From a virus, in IMG/VR virus record IMGVR_UViG_3300025655_000017: 64,000 nucleotides of DNA; one strand, written 5' to 3'. The notes under the pieces are model-generated. The model did no database searches. It had not been told where the DNA came from and saw only the letters and a program-made list of their open reading frames with translations. Below, one piece after another: positions 56,941 through 64,000 of this stretch. The position numbers and the translations under genes were made by a program. Numbering within the stretch: position 1 is the stretch's first letter; every line of letters begins with the position of its first letter.

Positions 56941-58391
56941 AATATTTTGTTTCTTGCTCGTGTTACTGCAACATAGGCTGATTGTAATCTTTCTAATTGT
57001 GAAGTATGTTGGTTTTTCACACTGAAAATATCTTTAAACGATGGAAAAACTGTATCATACGACTTTCCCTGTGAAGTGTGTGATGTTCCACCATAAGTGT
57101 ATTGTATTTCACAAAAAAAATCTATTAATGCATTTTTAGCATCCCAAAATTTTTCATATGGTGATAATGCATGTAAAGAATCATGATCACTCAAATAATT
57201 TAAGATTTCTTTAAATCTTTTATTGTCCACAACAGATGTAGGAATAAAAGTTTTTTCGTTAATATCGTGACACCAATATTCTAGTTCTTCAACTTTTATT
57301 TTAGAAACATCAATATTTAAAGTTTCTGAATATAATAATCTCAAATTAGCTTTAGAATTATATTTTACTGCCATGTCTTGAAATTGCCAAACTCCTTTTA
57401 GATTGGTAATCCACACTATGGCAAATCTCATTTTACGTTTCCCTCTAATTTCTCCTAATTCACCATTATTTAATTTTAAAATATTATTTTCATAATAATT
57501 TGTTTTTGAAACAACAAAATCACCCGGCTCAAAATGAAAAGGTTGAGGATTTAGTTTTGATCTAATATACCGGCCAGCTTCTTTATAAGAGTACTGTGTA
57601 TAAGAAATAAACTTACAACCTAAAGGGTTTTTCTTAAATTCTTCAATCATTTCTTCAGCAAACTGATACTTATCATAAGTTATTCTTAAATGTTTTAATT
57701 TTTGGTTTTCGAGTTGTTTCCAGATTAAAGGATCAAATTCTTTTCCCTCCAAACCTTTGTAGATTTCAGTACGAAATAATTTACCAATCTCTGAAATTTC
57801 ACCACCATAGCGATAAGGATATAATAACTCAAATGTTTTCAATTTAAAAACAGGTGAAAACAATTCGCCGTTTTTCCGTTCGATGGGAGGTAATTGACAA
57901 ATATCTCCAACAAAAATTATAATAGAGTCTGCTCTTCTTATTTTTTCGATAATCATTAATTGTCGATGACTTACTTGTGAACATTCGTCAATGATAATAT
58001 ATTTAGCAAGTGCCAAGGGTGGCTTTACCAATGTTCTTTTACCCTTTTTACTATATGTATATTTAGGAACTGGAACAAAATCAGTAACTCCATCCTCATT
58101 TGTAACTGGTCTACATTGTAGTGCAGCAGCAATTGTTTCAGCAGAATATTCATATTTAAAATTACCTAAGAAATTCTTTGCTACCCCCAACGCTTCATGT
58201 GCTAATGCACACACCAATATTTTATCATCTGGCTTTGCGACAGACTCAACAATTTGTCCACATACATGAGATTTACCATGTCCAGCAGGGCCAATAATTA
58301 CAATATCTTCTCTTTCGCTGAGAATATATTGACAAGCTTCGCGTTTAACTGTTTGCTGATTTTCATGTGATTTTTTTTGTAAATCAGTCAT
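56925..58391 (-). CDS. Dda/RecD2-like SF1B helicase
   Basis: GPAGHGKS, IIDECSQ, VGDICQLPP, HTSQGKSY, YVAVTRAR. Confidence 0.92.
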   Translation of the reverse strand: MTDLQKKSHENQQTVKREACQYILSEREDIVIIGPAGHGKSHVCGQIVESVAKPDDKILVCALAHEALGVAKNFLGNFKYEYSAETIAAALQCRPVTNEDGVTDFVPVPKYTYSKKGKRTLVKPPLALAKYIIIDECSQVSHRQLMIIEKIRRADSIIIFVGDICQLPPIERKNGELFSPVFKLKTFELLYPYRYGGEISEIGKLFRTEIYKGLEGKEFDPLIWKQLENQKLKHLRITYDKYQFAEEMIEEFKKNPLGCKFISYTQYSYKEAGRYIRSKLNPQPFHFEPGDFVVSKTNYYENNILKLNNGELGEIRGKRKMRFAIVWITNLKGVWQFQDMAVKYNSKANLRLLYSETLNIDVSKIKVEELEYWCHDINEKTFIPTSVVDNKRFKEILNYLSDHDSLHALSPYEKFWDAKNALIDFFCEIQYTYGGTSHTSQGKSYDTVFPSFKDIFSVKNQHTSQLERLQSAYVAVTRARNKILCLAE

Positions 58392-58627
58392 TTTCTTTTT
58401 GTTTTATTTTGTTGTTCTAAAAGTTTTTTCTCACATTCAAATTTTTGGTCTAGTTGACTACATTGGGTATTAAACTGCCCAAATAAGTCGGGGAAATGTT
58501 TTTTAACCATTGCAGGTCGTGATCCATCTTTATAAGTCCATGCCCCACCTTTAAATTCTACATGATTTGAATAATCAATAATTTTTTGACCTATTTTGAT
58601 TTTAAATTTATTACTTGAACTACACAT
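58388..58627 (-). CDS. Hypothetical protein
   Basis: 79-aa ORF, coupled to the helicase. Confidence 0.55.
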   Translation of the reverse strand: MCSSSNKFKIKIGQKIIDYSNHVEFKGGAWTYKDGSRPAMVKKHFPDLFGQFNTQCSQLDQKFECEKKLLEQQNKTKRK

Positions 58628-58630
58628 ATA

Positions 58631-58996
58631 TTACAATGTTAATTTATTTAAAATGTAAAGAAATCCATGTTTTTCACTTAATTCGTTAATTTTATCCACA
58701 ACATCTTCTTTGTCGAAATTGTATATATCTGAGTCTTCAATATTATCTATTAAAGAAAGTTTATTTCTTAGTGATTCTATGTCACAGGTATATTTAACAT
58801 AAGTTAAAATATCATCATCATCTAACCTAGATAATATATCACTACTATCAGAATTATTTGTAACATATTTTGTTAATACGTCATCATCTATATTATCTAA
58901 TACTTGACTTATAAAAGAAGTATCTGTAATATACTTTATGATTACTTTTACATCTATTAAATCTAATATTTGTTCGTTAGTTATTTTCTCTCTCAT
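58631..58996 (-). CDS. Acidic helical-repeat protein
   Basis: Repeats LDNIDDDVLTKYV / LSRLDDDDILTYV. Confidence 0.6.
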   Translation of the reverse strand: MREKITNEQILDLIDVKVIIKYITDTSFISQVLDNIDDDVLTKYVTNNSDSSDILSRLDDDDILTYVKYTCDIESLRNKLSLIDNIEDSDIYNFDKEDVVDKINELSEKHGFLYILNKLTL

Positions 58997-60044
58997 ATTT
59001 TATAAAGTTTTGTCGAATTGTAAGAAAAATGATTTTAATTATTTCTTCATCTATATTTTCACGTAAATTACTATTAGCATAAAGAAGTTTAATTTCATTA
59101 ACGCTTTGCTCTGATTCTTCTAATAATTTCTCAAGGGTGAGATCGCCTCTGCGAATTGAAAGTAGATAATTAGCATCTGGACGTTTAACAATTAATCCTT
59201 GCCCTAAAGCAATTTCTTTTGCCATAGTGAGTAATCTCACACAATGCATAAGATTTTTTCCATCAATTTGCTGGTTGTGATTTTTTACATCAACATATCG
59301 GTCTGTATTTCTTTCTTTTAACCATTGTTGATATTCTCTATAATCTTTGCAATGTTGAGAATAAGAATTTTTATTAAAGAAAAGATTGCAAATGAATGTA
59401 TAAACCTTTTCTTTTGGTATAGATGAAAGCTTAACCTCATTAGATTCAGGGCCGCATAATCCCTTGAAAGAAGGATTATAAAAAACAGCATATCCATCCA
59501 TGATATTAGGAATTTTCACCAAACCAAAATTATCTTGATTAAGGCCATATTTTTTAATATATTTTTTAAGAGAGGTAGATTTACCACTGTCCAAGAGAAC
59601 AAAACAAAAATCCTCAATCGTTTTACGTTTAATTTTTTCTTTATCCCAGTTCATCTTTTTGTTAGTACCTTTAGCTTTAGACATATTAGAAAACGCAAAA
59701 CCTAAGAAACTATTACCACATTTTTTACTGAGAAATGCAGCTCTATTTTCGATGAATGGTTTAAAATCATCATGGATATACATAATATCCTTTTCATTAG
59801 CAAAAACCATCTCTAGAATAGTAGAATTACTTGTTTTAAGTAGCTCTACGAACCTTTTAAGTTCAAACGCTACATCATCCTTAGAAAATTCTATTTGGGG
59901 CATATAGCCATCCGTGAGTACAGACTGTGCGCTTTGACAATAAACGTGTTTATAATCATAGTCTGAACCTTTGTGGTTTGTACCGTAAGCCCTTGAACCT
60001 ACCAATACACTGTAAATGATTGTTCCTTCTTGTATATTTTTCAT
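58977..60044 (-). CDS. Predicted nucleotidyltransferase (YcgL/Nuc-transf type)
   Basis: VGSRAYGT...SDYD; KNLMHCVRLL; LLSIRRG. Confidence 0.88.
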   Translation of the reverse strand: MKNIQEGTIIYSVLVGSRAYGTNHKGSDYDYKHVYCQSAQSVLTDGYMPQIEFSKDDVAFELKRFVELLKTSNSTILEMVFANEKDIMYIHDDFKPFIENRAAFLSKKCGNSFLGFAFSNMSKAKGTNKKMNWDKEKIKRKTIEDFCFVLLDSGKSTSLKKYIKKYGLNQDNFGLVKIPNIMDGYAVFYNPSFKGLCGPESNEVKLSSIPKEKVYTFICNLFFNKNSYSQHCKDYREYQQWLKERNTDRYVDVKNHNQQIDGKNLMHCVRLLTMAKEIALGQGLIVKRPDANYLLSIRRGDLTLEKLLEESEQSVNEIKLLYANSNLRENIDEEIIKIIFLTIRQNFIKYERENN

Positions 60045-60120
60045 GATACAAAGATAAGTTATTTATACCTCAATAACAAATTTATTAGAGATAATATTAA
60101 AAAAAAATGTTATTTGGAAG

Positions 60121-60375
60121 TTAAACTAACTGTTTAATATTAACAGTTAGTTCATTTTTTTGTAAAGTCAATTGATTTAAATTTTCAATTAACAGAGTAT
60201 AAAATTTTGATGAGTCGATTATTCCTGCTTCATTTAAAAGTTCTAATTCTTCCAAATCAATTTCATCACTTAGAATATTAAAATCCTGTAAGATTCTAAG
60301 TGATGTTGCAGCACCATTATATTCATAGCAAGAAACTACTCCCGCAAATATAGTAATAATTTGATTAATGTTCAT
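60121..60375 (-). CDS. Hypothetical protein
   Basis: 84-aa ORF with its own promoter box. Confidence 0.55.
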   Translation of the reverse strand: MNINQIITIFAGVVSCYEYNGAATSLRILQDFNILSDEIDLEELELLNEAGIIDSSKFYTLLIENLNQLTLQKNELTVNIKQLV

Positions 60376-60468
60376 ATTTACTTTGTAAATTGATAGGTTA
60401 AATAATAATTTTCACAAAGATATATCATTTTTTGTAACTATGCAAACTATATAGATAAAATGATATAT

Positions 60469-60822
60469 TTAATCGACGAAATATAATTCCCTTGAAAATC
60501 TTTCAAAATAGTTGCCTACTAAGTATCTGGCCTCTGAAAATTCTTTGATAGAAAACTCCTCCACCGCTTTATAGAAACCTTCATATAAATATATTTCTTT
60601 AATTTCCTCTTGTGTAAGATCATCTATATTTAGTACTTTATATTTTTTTGATTCTAAGTTAATTTTACGTATATCTTGTATGGGTATACCTAATACAACC
60701 ATAACACTTATAGAAAGACCATCATGGCTAGGTTCAACAAAAAGTATTTCATCCATGAATTCGTTAAACCCAGATAAAATATAGAATTGCCGATCATTTA
60801 TTATAAGTTTTTTATTATTCAT
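60469..60822 (-). CDS. Hypothetical protein
   Basis: 117-aa ORF. Confidence 0.6.
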   Translation of the reverse strand: MNNKKLIINDRQFYILSGFNEFMDEILFVEPSHDGLSISVMVVLGIPIQDIRKINLESKKYKVLNIDDLTQEEIKEIYLYEGFYKAVEEFSIKEFSEARYLVGNYFERFSRELYFVD

Positions 60823-60824
60823 GT

Positions 60825-61376
60825 TTATTGAAAAAAGTTTTTTACACCCATTTCAAAAATAATGGGATTTATATATTTTCCGTCGCTAAATAGAGAATTA
60901 CTATTATATCTTTTCCCATGAGAAATTTCACAGCCAACGTATAACTCTGTATTTTTATAGAAAAAATTCTTGTAAAGAGTTACCTCTATTTGTGCTCCCA
61001 CGGTAACCCGTTGATGTTGAAAATTATATCTTGTAAAAGCATTACCTTCAATCCATCCCAATAACTGATTTCGCATTAGACCTATATCAATCGTCATAGT
61101 ATTGGCGCGTTCCTGATCTTTTTTAAGTAAATCATAAAAACTTTGATAACCAATTTGGATACCATAGGCCAATGATCGTTATTTCCAAAAATTAAGAGGT
61201 GTCAATTTTCGAAAGCCAATTTCAAAACTAACTCCATTAGCTCCTACCTCTGGTTCATTATTTACGATGATGTTATTTACCCCTACGTTAAAGTATGAAG
61301 TATAACGAAAATTATCGGTTTGTCCTTTTAAAGAGAAAGAACAAAAAACTGCCAAAATAATAATAATGTTTTTCAT
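60825..61376 (-). pseudogene. Outer-membrane beta-barrel-like protein split by an in-frame TAA
   Basis: Signal peptide ORF 61179-61376 and ORF 60825-61172 share a frame (FWK*RSLAYG); alternating beta strands. Confidence 0.6.
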
Positions 61377-61385
61377 AAAAATTGT

Positions 61386-62117
61386 TTATTGCTTGACTAT
61401 TTGTAGCCAGCGAGTTTTAATAAATTTAAAATAATCATCAGGATTAAGACCATAATTTCCTATTGACCATCCATCCTGCAATTCAACTAATACGGTTTCG
61501 TTTTTATCAGTTACAGCAACATCAATACTATAAGCTTTAATTCCAATATTCATTATCTTTTCACTGATATATAAAATATCGTTTATAGTATCAACATTAG
61601 GAAATAACATAACAGCACCACTATAATTACAAGCTTTTAATATTTCTGCATTGAGTATATAAACTCTCCATTCACTTTTTATATTTATAACATCTTGAAA
61701 TAAAGCAATTATATCTTTATTTTCCACATCTTGAGTATACATTAGATAATCATCCTCTTTTTTTTGTACAAAGGGATAAAATTCTTTATGTTTACCATAA
61801 GGTTTAACAAATATAGGTTTTTCATGTAAATTACAATTAGATATTTTATCTAACCATAATTTACGGCCTAAAAGAAAACTATTTAGTTCTTGAAATTTCA
61901 ACATATCTATAGGAGCTGGAACATTAACTCCTAACTCTTCTAAATATTGACTTGCTGATTCAACTGATCCACAAATAATGTTTTCATCATTAATAGGCAC
62001 AGTATCAATTGTATTAAAATGTTTTACTTCAATATCGTTATTTATTGCCCCAATTTGTGCAGATGTAGTGAAATCCCATATTGGATTTTTGTCGTTTGTT
62101 TGTATGTATAATTTCAT
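61386..62117 (-). CDS. ATP-grasp domain protein (DUF4343/R2K-like)
   Basis: IFVKP..K.F, SEWRVYI, YSIDV, LVELQD. Confidence 0.8.
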   Translation of the reverse strand: MKLYIQTNDKNPIWDFTTSAQIGAINNDIEVKHFNTIDTVPINDENIICGSVESASQYLEELGVNVPAPIDMLKFQELNSFLLGRKLWLDKISNCNLHEKPIFVKPYGKHKEFYPFVQKKEDDYLMYTQDVENKDIIALFQDVINIKSEWRVYILNAEILKACNYSGAVMLFPNVDTINDILYISEKIMNIGIKAYSIDVAVTDKNETVLVELQDGWSIGNYGLNPDDYFKFIKTRWLQIVKQ

Positions 62118-62120
62118 AAA

Positions 62121-62495
62121 TTAATAAATTGATAATCTTGGTAAAATTTTGTTATATGATATAATATCTTTTTCTATCAATATATATTTCCGATTAAGTT
62201 GTTCACATGCTTCTATCCAATTAAAAACAACTGATGAATAGAATGTTATAATGGCATCCTTATCATTCTTAGTCAAGTCAATAACATTATACCTATTTTT
62301 CAAAAACATCACAATAGTATACGGTGATATTTTAGTACCATGTAAAAATAGTTTACTATTTGCTATGTTAGTAGCCCCATTATTGGGATCAACAAACCAT
62401 TTATTAAACTCATCAATGTTTAACATTTCAGGAGTTAATACTATAGGTGGTTTCTTTTTAAATATTTTTTCAAAAAAATTTTTCATAAAGTTCAT
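62121..62495 (-). CDS. Hypothetical protein, tandem paralogue A
   Basis: TPEMLNIDEFNKWFVDPNNGAT. Confidence 0.7.
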   Translation of the reverse strand: MNFMKNFFEKIFKKKPPIVLTPEMLNIDEFNKWFVDPNNGATNIANSKLFLHGTKISPYTIVMFLKNRYNVIDLTKNDKDAIITFYSSVVFNWIEACEQLNRKYILIEKDIISYNKILPRLSIY

Positions 62496-62797
62496 AGTTT
62501 ACTTATTTTAATTTTCCAATCTTTAAGAATTTCATCGCGAAAATTCATGACATCAGTTTCATCTATTTCTATTGGCCCATATATATGCTCTAAAAACTCA
62601 CCTATTTGTGACCTACTTAGTTTATCACTTCTTAGAAAAATACCCGCATGAGCATATGTTGCCCCATTTTCAGGATCAACAAACCACTCGTTAAACTTAT
62701 CTATGTTTAACATATCAGGGGTTATTTTAGTTTTTATCATCGGTGGAATTTCCTCTACTTTAACAAAAACCCTGCAAAACCAATTATATAACTTCAT
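62492..62797 (-). CDS. Hypothetical protein, tandem paralogue B
   Basis: TPDMLNIDKFNEWFVDPENGAT. Confidence 0.7.
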   Translation of the reverse strand: MKLYNWFCRVFVKVEEIPPMIKTKITPDMLNIDKFNEWFVDPENGATYAHAGIFLRSDKLSRSQIGEFLEHIYGPIEIDETDVMNFRDEILKDWKIKISKL

Positions 62798-62843
62798 ATT
62801 TTTATTTTTTGTAAATATATAAATATATTATGACAACTCCTAA

Positions 62844-64000
62844 TTATTTTTCAATTTTTTGTTTACCCCATCCGACGTTAATCTTTCCCTCATCGTTAAA
62901 GGTATATGACAAAAGATCGTTTAAGATGTTTTCATCAAATCCTTCAGCAGCCAGAGAACAATCTTCTCTTTGTTCGGTAATATTAACAATATTGTCTTTC
63001 GCATTAATTAGAGCGAATACATTTGATTCTATTGTATCAATATAATTAACAAAATATACCTCAGTAGTATTTGTTTGATCAATTCTAATGAACCGAAAAT
63101 ACCATTGTGAAATAGCTGGCATATTCCAACGTAATCCCTGTACTATTGCCACGTCAACATAGCCCATATTTTTACCAGCTTTCAAGCTTTGTTGAGTACA
63201 GATTAAGATACCATTTTCACTTGCTTCATATTCTTTTAATACTTTTTCTCGGCTTTTTTTATCAATTGATCCCGTATAGACAAAAATTGGCCGATCAAAC
63301 ATTTTATTAAATTGAGTCTCATAAAAATCTACAACGTCTAACCTTGTACAACCAATGGCTATTTTTTCATTAGGGTGGCTTCTACAAATATCAACACATT
63401 TCAATAATTTGGTATTAATTCCCCCTTTAATTCTTCAAATCGTTCTGGATAAATTGTTGTTTCAATCAAAAGATTTAGTTGGCGAATAATTCTAAGCGCA
63501 GAATCTTTACGGGAATTGCCAGTGCTGTCATAATATGCACGAATATAGTTACCAGTTTGTTCCAAAATATCTTCGTGTAACATTTTTTCGTCAAATGTCG
63601 GATTAATCAATATATGGTTGATATTGTACTTATCTGCTGCAATGTCCTTAAATTTTCGAATAAGCAATACAGTGTCCAACAAATTAATTAATTCAGTTTC
63701 ATTGTAGATGTCTTGGTTTTGTTTACTAATCCCAAATACTGACTTTTTAGCTGGGCAAAAACATCTCTTAAAATCACTAAATCCCTTATATGATTTGAAA
63801 GGCTGGCCTATTTTATCATTTTTAGTTTTAATAATTTTGTTTGGTTCTCCTTTTACTTTTTGCTCAATATACCAATTTTCGCAATTATTTATGTATGTTC
63901 CATTATAAAGAAAATCTATTAATGGGAAATATTCTGCAACATTGTTACTTATTACAGTTCCTGACATACATAGCTTTCTTTTAGCTGAAACAAACAAATT
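62844..64000 (-). CDS. SNF2-like helicase C-terminal part, 5'-truncated, with an apparent one-base frameshift near 63410
   Basis: MSGT motif III in 63401-63997; helicase-C motifs (SLKAGKN, WN...SQ..RF.RIDQ) in 62844-63404. Confidence 0.8.

Noticed and set aside
4964-63908. Short antisense or nested ORFs in the track (e.g. 4964, 14302, 17658, 19189, 24912, 36807, 42089, 56342, 57991, 59659, 63708)
   Set aside because: They are shadows of well-supported genes on the other strand or frame.
1-64000. Genome-wide stop-codon reassignment (TAG=Gln or TGA=Trp)
   Set aside because: Long conserved genes are intact under code 11 and all three stops terminate genes; the interruptions involve mixed stops and mixed implied residues.
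1-64000. CRISPR array, rRNA, integrase or transposase
   Set aside because: No regularly spaced direct repeats or recognisable motifs were seen by eye.

Overview
Very AT-rich, gene-dense segment of a large (jumbo-type) T4-like myophage. The host is most likely in Bacteroidota, based on repeated TTG-N~20-TAnnTTTG host-type promoters, a T9SS-type cargo protease and a beta-barrel gene. 1-25 kb holds core and late genes: SbcC/gp46-like ATPase, sigma-70-family factor, amidase, vWA protein, tail tube, Clp ATPase, thyA, dCMP deaminase, a gp23-family capsid protein and a complete two-component system. 26-53 kb is an accessory region with about 20 tRNA or tRNA-like genes, HNH nucleases, two adenine methyltransferases, an interrupted RtcB, ADP-ribose-related enzymes and many small ORFs. 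53-64 kb is a minus-strand block (glycosyltransferase, muramidase, Dda-like helicase, nucleotidyltransferase, SNF2 helicase). The main observation is that each of the two main tRNA arrays sits behind a promoter, a short unannotated leader ORF, an antiterminator overlapping the leader's 3' end, and an intrinsic terminator. The codons clustered in each leader match the tRNAs encoded downstream (AAQPLHGDR for array 1; YYY-F-S-FF-SEESE for array 2). This suggests ribosome-stalling attenuators that switch on replacement tRNAs when host tRNAs are depleted or cleaved. Also seen: candidate structured ncRNAs, T-loop chimeric tRNAs, a tRNA with an anticodon insertion, a late-promoter motif with a putative head-targeting N-terminal tag, and many in-frame stops. 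All calls come from manual reading; no searches or folding programs were run.
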